Shown: positions 20,748 to 29,321, counted from the first letter of the stretch. The stretch is DNA of 64,000 bases from Patescibacteria group bacterium (GCA_039934415.1 JBDTME010000001.1:265417-329416), one strand, 5' to 3'. Notes: generated by a model not told the origin, from the letters alone. Numbers and translations: made by a program.

Positions 20748-20775
20748 TTTCTATTTTTTCGTGAAAGTGAAAGTA

Positions 20776-20822
20776 AAAAACGGTTGACCAATTGGGGAAT
20801 CAGTCAACCGTTTTGGGTTTTT
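20776..20822 (+). terminator. intrinsic terminator of rmuC
   Basis: AAACGGTTGAC-N10-GTCAACCGTTT hairpin followed by TTGGGTTTTT. Confidence 0.6.
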
Positions 20823-21170
20823 GCGGGGCTACTGTGGGCGCCCCGCGGTATGTGAGGCCCGCCCTCCGAGTATGCGGAGGGCGGGTAAAAGAAAAAAGAA
20901 AATCCTTTCTCCAACCTTACAATAACCTGGAATTTATCACTTTCGCTGGAAGTTGCAAGAAGGAATCTGAAGAAAATAATGGGGATGAAAGAAATTTCCT
21001 TCATCCCCGAAGTTATATTGTCTGCTCTGTTCTCCCTGTTGCAGGGGGACAGAACTAAAAGCCGACCTCTGAATCAAGCCAGAGTCAGTGGATGATTTTT
21101 GTGGGTCGACTTGACTAGAGTATTTTACTGTCTTTACCTGATAGATCAAGATGAAAGAAAGACTGAAGAA

Positions 21171-22430
21171 TTAGTTGTTAACACCAGGTGTTGCCGAGGG
21201 AGTAGCTTTTATATCACCGGATTGGGTTGCATTGAGTATTTCAGCTGGGGATGTGGTCGGTGTGACTGTCAACGTTGGAGTCGGTGTTGGTTCTGGTTTT
21301 TTATTTTTTACTTCTCGATCAAAGAAGGCTATAGCTCGTTCTTTGACGGTATCTGTAACTGGGATGAGTAAATGATCTGCACCGGGATAAGTGAAGTACT
21401 CGATTTGATCCTTTTTGCCTTTACCGGCGAAGTAGGAATAGAAATCATCACTCCATTTTTGCGGGACCTCTTTATCAGCAGTTCCTTGATGGAGTTGAAT
21501 CTTTGCCGTAACATGTTCTAGATTATTGCCAATACTAAATTGATCAATGTTGTAATCCTGTTCGAATTTGGCAATAACTGCCCGTAATCCTTTTCCTTTG
21601 TCATCATCTTCATCAGTAAAATAAAGTACAGAGTACGGGAAAAACTTGGTAACTGGAGCGAGAAGCACTGTTGGCACTGGCCGACCAGTGATTTCTAAAA
21701 ATGAGAGTGAAATCTGTCCTCCATTACTGTGCCCCCATAGCCCAACTCTTTTCGCATCAATTGTAGCAAGTGATTTATTTTGAAAAGCAAGTGTCCTCTG
21801 ATCAAGGTGATCTACAGTTGCAAATAAATCCATCACATTCATTGGTTTGATAAATCTTTCTGCTAGAGTCTCCACGGGCGGTTGATCACTTTCACCATAC
21901 CCTAAAAAATCTGGAGCCAGCGTAATGTAGCCGGCTTTGGCTAAGGCAGCAGCAGTTGGAGACGAGCCTTTACCAATTGAGTATTCTTCGGGAGCGACAT
22001 AACCACGCATTAATAAGATGATTGGTCGTGCTTCAGCAGGATTATCATTGGTTGGAATATTGAGTTGTCCTGAAATTTTACGACCTTCTGATTCAAAGTG
22101 AAAAACGTAGGCAGTAAACTCCGGGGTTCTAGTTAATATACGATCAACGATGATCTCAGACGCTACTCCACCACGCTTCTCTAGTTCTGAAAAAGAATAT
22201 TTTAATAGCGGAAATGTTTTTTCTTCTGAAGTGCCTTTGACATCGAGTTGAGCGATTTTGGTAGCAAATTGTTTGCTTGTCAGTAACTTACCGGACAAAA
22301 AACCAACAGAGAAAAGAGCGACAGCTCCTATAGAGAAAGCAAAGAAAGTCCTGGAAAAATGAGGGCGAAAGCGTTCTTGAACGGGCTGGTGTTTGGGCAG
22401 AATCTCTAGCATTGAGCCTGTATTATACAA
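21171..22430 (-). CDS. membrane-anchored alpha/beta hydrolase (dienelactone hydrolase/S9-like) with a Pro/Thr-rich tail
   Basis: N-terminal TM helix, nucleophile elbow GHSNGG and a C-terminal KKPEPTPTPTLTVTPTTSP linker. Confidence 0.65.
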   Translation of the reverse strand: MYNTGSMLEILPKHQPVQERFRPHFSRTFFAFSIGAVALFSVGFLSGKLLTSKQFATKIAQLDVKGTSEEKTFPLLKYSFSELEKRGGVASEIIVDRILTRTPEFTAYVFHFESEGRKISGQLNIPTNDNPAEARPIILLMRGYVAPEEYSIGKGSSPTAAALAKAGYITLAPDFLGYGESDQPPVETLAERFIKPMNVMDLFATVDHLDQRTLAFQNKSLATIDAKRVGLWGHSNGGQISLSFLEITGRPVPTVLLAPVTKFFPYSVLYFTDEDDDKGKGLRAVIAKFEQDYNIDQFSIGNNLEHVTAKIQLHQGTADKEVPQKWSDDFYSYFAGKGKKDQIEYFTYPGADHLLIPVTDTVKERAIAFFDREVKNKKPEPTPTPTLTVTPTTSPAEILNATQSGDIKATPSATPGVNN

Positions 22431-22537
22431 AAAATGGAGCTAAAAGTCAGCTATTCAAAACATCGCCCCCTGACAGATGAATTGATGCTTTTTGTACTTG
22501 TTAAATGTATTTTGAGTATGTTATTATGCTTGCCGCT

Positions 22538-23209
22538 ATGCGCGTAGACGTTTTGGTCTTTGACCATTCAAAATTCGCCTTCGCTGCCCTCAAAGCTTTT
22601 CTCATCCAATATGGGTATACAGTCGTTCTTGCTTCAAATCTTGCTGAAGCACAACGTAAAATGAACAATCGAGTATTCGACTTGGTCATTGTTCAAGAAA
22701 CCATCCGACAAGCAGAAATCTTGGAATTGAACTCATATTTAAAAGACGTCCATGCCACGTGTTATCTTCTAGTACTGATGAAAAATTTCAGTGTTAACCA
22801 ACGCATCGAAGTTTTGGAAGCAGGAGCAGATGATTGCTTGAGTCTCCCCTATCATCCCAAAGAATTGCTGCTCAAAATGGAAAAACTCCTCCAACATAAA
22901 CACGCCATTCGAGAAAATGTCATCAAAACTTCCAAGTATGAACTCAACGTCATATCCGGAGATTTACTTTGTCCTTGGGGAACTATTTGGCTCCGCAAAA
23001 AAGAGTTCATGATCATGTCGATGTTGCTACAACAAAAAAATCGTGTCGTATCAAAAGAACAATTGATTGAACGTATTTGGAGTCAAGAAGAAATACCACA
23101 ACTCTCAACCATCGACGTTCACATCCGCCGCATCCGCGAAAAAATTAAAGACGCCGAAAAAAACATCATCAAAACAGCACATGGAGTTGGGTATATGTTT
23201 TGCGAGTGA
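22538..23209 (+). CDS. atypical OmpR/PhoB-family response regulator (pseudo-receiver plus winged helix)
   Basis: The receiver-like domain aligns to OmpR, but all four phosphorylation residues are substituted: DD to DH, D55 to Q (FDLVIVQE), T83 to M and K105 to L. The C-terminal winged helix (TIDVHIRRIREKI...AHGVGYMF) is intact. The start is taken at MRVDVLVFD. Confidence 0.7.
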   Translation: MRVDVLVFDHSKFAFAALKAFLIQYGYTVVLASNLAEAQRKMNNRVFDLVIVQETIRQAEILELNSYLKDVHATCYLLVLMKNFSVNQRIEVLEAGADDCLSLPYHPKELLLKMEKLLQHKHAIRENVIKTSKYELNVISGDLLCPWGTIWLRKKEFMIMSMLLQQKNRVVSKEQLIERIWSQEEIPQLSTIDVHIRRIREKIKDAEKNIIKTAHGVGYMFCE

Positions 23210-23277
23210 AAATATTTGTCGGGGTGATGCACTTTCTTTCGAACCAATTTTACTTTGGCTAACAAATTTAATGCAAG
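23131..23277. repeat. copy A of a divergent duplicated segment of about 147 bp (3' end of the regulator gene plus downstream)
   Basis: It aligns at roughly 85% identity, by eye, with 27972-28118. Confidence 0.6.
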
Positions 23278-23303
23278 CCTACCAGAACTTAGAAAAGCAG
23301 TGA

Positions 23304-23529
23304 TCAGTCTTCGAAAACATCAAGAGATTTTATCCCTAATGCCTTCATGATCTTATTTAGCTTCTCAAATGAAGGATTTTCCTCACCTCTTTCGATTCGA
23401 GCATAGTAATTTACATTTATGCCTGAGGATCCAGCCACTTCAACCTGAGCGAGCTCAGCTTTTTTTTCTAGCCAATTTGAGCTTCGTACCCAATTCTTTT
23501 CTCACTTGATCGACTTTTGCGCTAGCCAT
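23304..23529 (-). pseudogene. XRE-family HTH regulator paralogue, frameshifted in a poly-A run
   Basis: Minus-strand translation gives MASAKVDQVRKELGTKLKLARKK and then an early stop. One extra A in an A8 run restores ELAQVEVAGSSGINVNYYARIERGEENPSFEKLNKIMKALGIKSLDV, which is about 75% similar to the intact XRE gene at 29061-29306. Confidence 0.55.
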
Positions 23530-23606
23530 ATATTGATAGTATAGCAGTTGTTTTCAACTTCAACGTTAAATGTACAAATGTTATTCGGTGTTGATTAGTG
23601 ACTTTG

Positions 23607-25640
23607 CTATTCCAGCATGTCAGGAAACATCGCATAGAGTCTCTCAAAGTTTTTGTCGGCGTAAGCTCCAACCATGACTCCAAACCATTTTCTCAAGTCC
23701 TGTTGTACAGTCTCAGAGAGAGTATCAAAAGGAATTGGGCCATCAAGCAACTCCCGTGGTAGAACGCCTCGCAACTGCCCAAATGGGGTAAAGCCTAATG
23801 GGCCATCATTTCCTTTTTGTTTTCCCACAAAACTAAAGGATTCTTCTTTTCCCGTTAGTTTCCCCGCAAAGCTAAGTAGATGTTTTCCAGATCTGATTTC
23901 AAGAATATATAATTGCCTGTTCTTAGGCCTATCTGCAGTGGTTTCATCTATTACAATGTTTACCATGGTATTGTTCGGCAACTTCTCTTTCTTTAAAATT
24001 AGAAAATCATCGATGACTAACGCATCTAGATTCATGCTTAAAAAACTTCTTATGGCGTCATCAGGGGTTTCAACAATTGGTTCACCTGCACCGTTGAATG
24101 AAGTATTTAAAAGTACGGGAACACCTGTCCGTTTGTAAAATGCTTCTACTACATTGTAGTATCGCTCATCTTGATCTTCTCTTATGGTCTGGATACGAGC
24201 CGTGCCGTCAATGTGTGTAACTGCAGGAATAATGTCCTGTTTGTCGGTCAAAACGTCGGCAACAATCAACATAAACGGACTGGGCACGTTTAAATCAAAA
24301 TATTCTGAAGCAAGTTGCTCCAAAATAACCGGAGCAAACGGACGATACCACTCCCTATGTTTGACCTCAAAGTTAATATAATCACGCATGTTTGGATCTC
24401 TTGGGTCAGCCAGAATACTACGGTGTCCTAATGCACGAGGGCCAATTTCGCTTCCTCCGTTATACCAACCGATGACTTCTCCACCTGCAATTCTCTTTGC
24501 TACTTCGCGATATAAATTTACCTCAGCGAATGGAATAGCAACAATTTGATCCTCATTGCGTGAAAGCGCTTCCAATACTTTTTCTTTACTATAGACAGGT
24601 CCCAAGTATGCCGTATCCATTTGAGTATCGACATCAAGTCCTCGATTTTTTATATCTACCATGAGCTTACCAATTGCTTGCCCATCGTCACCAGAAGCAG
24701 GGAAGACGTAAATGTCTTCAAATATTCCCGATTTTAAGATCTTTCCATTTACAACACTGTTGAGCGCCACACCACCTGCCAAGCATAAATGATCACTTCC
24801 TGTGAGGAGTTTTGCTCTTCGAGTGAGGCCCAACATGATTTCTTCTAAAATGTCTTGTCCAGCATAAGCCGTATCCATATCATCTTTTGATACATCTTCA
24901 CTTTTTTTCTTTAAACTGTGACCACGTAGCTGCATAAACTCGTCCCAGATCTCCTGGATTTCTGGTGGTTGTGGTTGCCATCCAAACTGTGTGGGACCAA
25001 AGGTGTTTCCAAAAATTGCGAGAATGAAATTGGGATCAATGTAATAACTCCCATCTGGATTGCTGTAGGCAAATTTCTTGAAAAACTCAAGATATTTTGA
25101 AGGCTCACCATAGGGAGCAAGCCCTATGGTTTTTCCTTCTTCGTGTAATTCTTGCATTCCAGATAATGCTCCTATTGCCGTATAAAAATGTCCGATTGAT
25201 TGAGGGGCAAATATTCCATCTGCAAGATATGGCGCCTCAATAAGCGATAATGAGTCATTACTTCCTTTCCATAATGATGTTGATGCTCGTTTTCCAAAAT
25301 CAGGACCTTGACCGTCAACAATCACAACCGCAGCGTCTTTGAAAGTTGAAGCATAAAACGCGCTTGCAGCATGGTAGAGATGATGGTTATCGTCCTCAAG
25401 GCCGTTGCTCTGATTCACAAAGTGATCATCAGGGCTGCCAAACACTACATCTGAAGCGTCAAAATAATTCTTTAGATGATCGTACGCGAGCCTTGAATTC
25501 CAACTGTGTTTGAAGCGATCTCCAACCCTTTCTGCGGCGAGATCAACAATCTGTCCATTGGACAAGAGCATGGCAACAGCCCCATCGTGCCAAGTTGTGG
25601 CGTGACTATGAATGATTGTTTTATTTTCTTGCTTACTCAT
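23607..25640 (-). CDS. NodU/CmcH/TobZ-family carbamoyltransferase
   Basis: Kae1/TsaD-like N-domain (IIHSHATTWHDGAVAML...) followed by a carbamoyltransferase C-domain. The start is taken at MSKQENK, whose ATG overlaps the upstream stop (ATGA). Confidence 0.75.
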   Translation of the reverse strand: MSKQENKTIIHSHATTWHDGAVAMLLSNGQIVDLAAERVGDRFKHSWNSRLAYDHLKNYFDASDVVFGSPDDHFVNQSNGLEDDNHHLYHAASAFYASTFKDAAVVIVDGQGPDFGKRASTSLWKGSNDSLSLIEAPYLADGIFAPQSIGHFYTAIGALSGMQELHEEGKTIGLAPYGEPSKYLEFFKKFAYSNPDGSYYIDPNFILAIFGNTFGPTQFGWQPQPPEIQEIWDEFMQLRGHSLKKKSEDVSKDDMDTAYAGQDILEEIMLGLTRRAKLLTGSDHLCLAGGVALNSVVNGKILKSGIFEDIYVFPASGDDGQAIGKLMVDIKNRGLDVDTQMDTAYLGPVYSKEKVLEALSRNEDQIVAIPFAEVNLYREVAKRIAGGEVIGWYNGGSEIGPRALGHRSILADPRDPNMRDYINFEVKHREWYRPFAPVILEQLASEYFDLNVPSPFMLIVADVLTDKQDIIPAVTHIDGTARIQTIREDQDERYYNVVEAFYKRTGVPVLLNTSFNGAGEPIVETPDDAIRSFLSMNLDALVIDDFLILKKEKLPNNTMVNIVIDETTADRPKNRQLYILEIRSGKHLLSFAGKLTGKEESFSFVGKQKGNDGPLGFTPFGQLRGVLPRELLDGPIPFDTLSETVQQDLRKWFGVMVGAYADKNFERLYAMFPDMLE

Positions 25641-26371
25641 ACAATTCCAAGTTCTTTCCGCATTCTTTTCATCTGTTCCAAATCTTCTTTTTTTAATTCC
25701 ATCTTTTGAAAAACGTTTTCCTTCAGACCCGTCGATTGCTCTCTCCCATCTGGAAAGAAAACTGCACTGCACCCTAGATATTTAAAGCCCGACTTCTCAA
25801 TACCTGATCGGTTCGCAAATACGGTTACCATCTGATTTTCAAGTGCTCTTGCTTTTGTAATCGTTCGCAAGAAGTCTACACTGACTGTTGCACTGACTAA
25901 CAAGAGATCTGCTTCCTGTGATAGTGCTTTTCGTGCCATCAGTGGATCGAGGACATCCAAACAGATACAGGCAACAAAAGAAAGGTTTTTATATCGCAGA
26001 ATATGAGCATGGCTACTACCAGGCCTGAAGGTTTTTTTCTCCTGTGAATACAACTTTCTCTTATCGCAAGCCCTGGTAATTATACCATTGCTAATATAGT
26101 ACGACCTATTTGCAACATAATTTCCCGACGAAATCGGGAGGCTACCAATGAAAGCTAGTTCATTTTTCTTCGAAAAATCCGTTAGTTTCTTGAGGAAGAG
26201 TGGTAGTTTTTTTTGCTCGAGTAGACTGTAATCAAAGTAACTTTGGAGAAAGAGCTCTGGCAAGACAATAAGGCAATTTCTTTCTCTTTTGAGCGAAGAA
26301 ATGACGAAATCGATATTTTCCTCAGCTGTTCTCTCCTGAGGAGAAAATTGGAAAAAACCAATGGAGATCAT
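25637..26371 (-). CDS. carbon-nitrogen hydrolase (nitrilase superfamily)
   Basis: 244 aa with Glu in LPELF, Lys in CDKRKLY and Cys in ACICLD in the expected order of the E-K-C triad. Confidence 0.7.
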   Translation of the reverse strand: MISIGFFQFSPQERTAEENIDFVISSLKRERNCLIVLPELFLQSYFDYSLLEQKKLPLFLKKLTDFSKKNELAFIGSLPISSGNYVANRSYYISNGIITRACDKRKLYSQEKKTFRPGSSHAHILRYKNLSFVACICLDVLDPLMARKALSQEADLLLVSATVSVDFLRTITKARALENQMVTVFANRSGIEKSGFKYLGCSAVFFPDGREQSTGLKENVFQKMELKKEDLEQMKRMRKELGIV

Positions 26372-26380
26372 AATGTCCTC

Positions 26381-27388
26381 TCAAAAATCCAAGCCCGAAA
26401 CGGCGCCAGCTTTTTTTGAAGACCAAGGGTGCTTAACCTCAGAAATCACAATAGAGTCTTGGATGAAACCTTCCCACTCTGGCGTGACCTGGCGACCAGT
26501 AACAACTACTTGTGTCGAGGACTCTCTTGCAAGAGCTAAAAGCTCTTGAACAGTTTCTAGCTCAAGGAGTGGGTAAGGAAGGTAAGACATAACTTCTTTT
26601 AAGGTATCGACAAACTCATCAAGAACAATGACGGTATATTCTCCCGTTGCTATCAGTTTCTTAGCCAATTCAACGCCCTCCACTGCCTTTTCTCGATGCT
26701 CTACCTCTTCTGTCACTCTATCCATATTAGGAGAACCTACAAATCCTGCTCCTGTTGGATGAAAAGAAAGTTGATTGGGGTTATACATCGCATCTGGAAA
26801 GTTATGCTCATTGATTGCCCAAGTCAGAGCTCCTGATTTCTTCTCTTTGAACCATTGAATAACTGCGCCTCTCCCTCCTTCTAAAACTGACTCCATGGCA
26901 ATCCCCAAAGCAGTCGTCGTCTTTCCTTTCCCAGATCCAGTAATTCCGATAACACCACTTTCACGAATTCTATTTCGTGTAAAACCAGAAATAAGGTCGT
27001 ATTCTTTTGGATCAGGATTTGCATCAACAGTCATAACATAGCTTTTTCCAAGCACAGATGGACTATTACGTATTGTCTTATTGACGTCAGAATTGCTATA
27101 CAAACTTACCACGAGATCAAATTTACCCTTTTGGCTCTGTTGTGCAGTTTCAAACTGTTCAATAGAAATAACATTGAGTAATTCTGGAGCTTCTAATTCT
27201 GTATGAAGTTGTTGAAAGATTCGCTGCCTATCTGGAGGAGCTATCACAAGAATGTTCCATCCTTTACCAATTGCTCGTACAAGACTTCCAAGCACTGCGT
27301 ACGAGGTATCTGAGCCAGTATAAGCGTACTCTAGCCTATTGGCCTTCTCCTGTTCTCTTTGTTCGGGTGTATATCTTCTCTCTGTCAT
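26381..27388 (-). CDS. two-domain protein: unknown N-terminal domain fused to a CobA/CobO/BtuR-like P-loop adenosyltransferase domain
   Basis: The C-terminal 185 aa carry GSGKGKTTTALGIAMESV...AVIQWFK, ...YTVIVLDEF, ...VVVTGRQVTPEW and ...KHPW, matching the ATP:corrinoid adenosyltransferase CobA family. The N-terminal 150 aa have no match. Confidence 0.6.
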   Translation of the reverse strand: MTERRYTPEQREQEKANRLEYAYTGSDTSYAVLGSLVRAIGKGWNILVIAPPDRQRIFQQLHTELEAPELLNVISIEQFETAQQSQKGKFDLVVSLYSNSDVNKTIRNSPSVLGKSYVMTVDANPDPKEYDLISGFTRNRIRESGVIGITGSGKGKTTTALGIAMESVLEGGRGAVIQWFKEKKSGALTWAINEHNFPDAMYNPNQLSFHPTGAGFVGSPNMDRVTEEVEHREKAVEGVELAKKLIATGEYTVIVLDEFVDTLKEVMSYLPYPLLELETVQELLALARESSTQVVVTGRQVTPEWEGFIQDSIVISEVKHPWSSKKAGAVSGLDF

Positions 27389-27520
27389 AATTACTGAGAT
27401 TGTATCAGAGGTTTAGTAGAGCGTGGTGCAAAACTAGAAATAGACTGAATTGACAAATAAAAACGCAGCTAGCAAGCTAAAAGCAGCGATACTACTAGCT
27501 TTTTGAAAGGCCAGCTGCAT

Positions 27521-27970
27521 ATGAAACTTGTACCAAATCTTCCAAAGAAAGTCCAGTTCCTGAATCAGATTTCATTGTCAGTGAATCAGTTTCTCCACAA
27601 GAGTGATCGGTTTGAAGGTGGCCGGATTGGATATGACAAAGAATTTCTGTTCAACTGGTTACTAATCAAAAAGATGATGCACTTCGATTATCGAACTATT
27701 GGAGAAATGGCAAGTGTTTCCCATTCTACGTTGATTCGAGCCAATCAATTTTTTCTTGATTCAAAGGTCTATTTCAAAATCTTTCATCATTTGCTCAAAG
27801 TAGCATACAAAAAAGGTTTGATTCAAGGGAAGAAAGTCTCGTTAGATAGTTCATTTGTGCAAACATTTTCAAAAAAACAAGAATATGGATCTAGGAAATG
27901 GAATGGCCACAAAGAAAAGTATGGCTTCAAACTGCACGTGCTCATTGATGCCAACACTTCATTTCCGATG
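27521..27970 (+). pseudogene. truncated IS4/IS5-family (DDE_Tnp_1) transposase, N-terminal fragment
   Basis: IS5-type N-domain (YDKEFLFNWLLIKKMMHFDYRTIGEMASVSHSTLIRANQFF) and the first catalytic block KYGFKLHVLIDANTSFP. The transposase then ends and the ORF reads out of frame into the duplicated regulator fragment. Confidence 0.6.
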
Positions 27971-27971
27971 G

Positions 27972-28118
27972 CATCCGCGAAAAAATCAAAGATGCCGAAA
28001 AAACCATCATCAAAACCGCTCATGGAGTTGGGTATATGTTTTGTGAGTGAAAATATTTGTCGGCCTGATGCACTTACTTTCGAACCGCTTTTACTCTGGT
28101 TGACTAATTTAATGCAAG
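27972..28118. repeat. copy B of the duplicated 3' segment of the regulator gene
   Basis: Roughly 85% identical by eye to 23131-23277. The regulator frame including its TGA is conserved but lacks the upstream gene body. Confidence 0.6.
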
Positions 28119-28159
28119 TATATGAAAGCTCTGAATAATTGCTGAATGAAACAATAAGC

Positions 28160-29023
28160 TCACTGATCTATTCTTACCACCACTTCATCGAACACGAAGT
28201 GCACAAATTGTTTGCCGAGCTCAGTCAGAACATATGGTTTCGTGTCTTCAAAAGCAGACTCCAGTGTGCGTGATAGATTGTGAGATCTACCTCTGGCTGC
28301 GCTAGCTTGCCTTATAAATCGCCCATCGCCATCAGTTTCACGAGCCTGTCTGATAACTCCTCCTGTACTTAGGTCACGTATAAGATAACGAAAAAGATCA
28401 GCTTCTGCTGAATCCTCCCGTGGCCTTTCTGTATGTGCCCGATCCCACATATCTCCTCTAGTAATTCCTGGATTACTATAAATGGCTTTAATTACAACAA
28501 AATGAGAATCATGGTAATCTTCAATCCATTTCAAAAAAAGTCTGATTAAATCATCTGGGAAAATGGGAGAGGCTCCAGCTTGCGTGATCAATTTTTTCAC
28601 AAGTTGACGTTTTTCTTCAGTTTCAGATTCGTCCCATTGTCGAAATGCAGATCTTACCAGTGAGAGATAGTCTTCTGATTGAATACGTTCATCAATCTGA
28701 TCTCCGAGTTGGTCAAATCTGGTAAAAATTTCTTGAAGTGTTTTTCCAAGTCGCTCGATTTTAACTTCATGACTTTGTATCCAAAAGCGTAAAAAGTCAT
28801 TGTTTTTATCTTGTTCATATTCACCACTCAGGCTAGCAATTGCACCTATAAAGCCACCAACCCACGGGATTGCCGATAATGTGGCAAGAGTAAAACGGAT
28901 ATATTTTTTCTTACTACCATGAATAAGCCAGTCCACTAAATTTGGTGTAACTGAAGGTTCAGATACTATTACTTCAGTCTCTGAAGTAATAGTATCACTT
29001 TGATTAATCAAGTCATTTACCAT
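28160..29023 (-). CDS. hypothetical protein (one TM-like segment)
   Basis: 287-aa ORF directly downstream of the XRE gene on the same strand. No family recognised. Confidence 0.45.
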   Translation of the reverse strand: MVNDLINQSDTITSETEVIVSEPSVTPNLVDWLIHGSKKKYIRFTLATLSAIPWVGGFIGAIASLSGEYEQDKNNDFLRFWIQSHEVKIERLGKTLQEIFTRFDQLGDQIDERIQSEDYLSLVRSAFRQWDESETEEKRQLVKKLITQAGASPIFPDDLIRLFLKWIEDYHDSHFVVIKAIYSNPGITRGDMWDRAHTERPREDSAEADLFRYLIRDLSTGGVIRQARETDGDGRFIRQASAARGRSHNLSRTLESAFEDTKPYVLTELGKQFVHFVFDEVVVRIDQ

Positions 29024-29060
29024 ATTATTCTGGATATTGAAGGAACCAAAACTATTTCTA

Positions 29061-29306
29061 TTAAGACTTTGAAGAAACGTCCAATGACTTTATCTCCAAT
29101 GCTTTCATAATTTTGGTGAGCTTTTCATATGAGGGGTTTTCTTCTCCTCTTTCGATACGAGCATAGTAATTGACATTCACACCTGAGGCTGAAGCAACTT
29201 CTGCCTGAGTAAGCTCTGCTTTTTCTCTGGCTGCTTTGAGTTTTGTACCTAGTTCTTTTCTGCCTTGGTTCACTTTTTTACTAGCCATATGTTGATAGTA
29301 TAACAT
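29061..29306 (-). CDS. XRE-family helix-turn-helix transcriptional regulator
   Basis: 81 aa with LTQAEVASASGVNVNYYARIERGEENPSYEKLTKIMKAL, a Cro/C1-type HTH. Confidence 0.75.
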   Translation of the reverse strand: MLYYQHMASKKVNQGRKELGTKLKAAREKAELTQAEVASASGVNVNYYARIERGEENPSYEKLTKIMKALEIKSLDVSSKS

Positions 29307-29321
29307 TTCTCTAAGTCATAA

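Noticed and set aside
20823-21060. tmRNA, SRP RNA or tRNA at the hairpin cluster
   Set aside because: No GGTTCGA-type T-loop with a CCA acceptor was found. No SRP domain IV motif was found. No tag-peptide reading frame was found. The region is left as an unclassified structured element.
20792-21149. ORFs of 88, 66 and 70 aa in the rmuC downstream spacer
   Set aside because: They span GC-rich perfect hairpins and the rmuC terminator. There is no ribosome-binding context, and the peptides are Gly/Arg/Cys-rich. They are treated as a non-coding structured region instead.
23131-28118. Interpreting the 147-bp repeat pair as a target-site duplication of a recent transposition
   Set aside because: The copies are only about 85% identical and far longer than an IS target-site duplication. 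They are more likely a paralogous or recombination-derived duplication.
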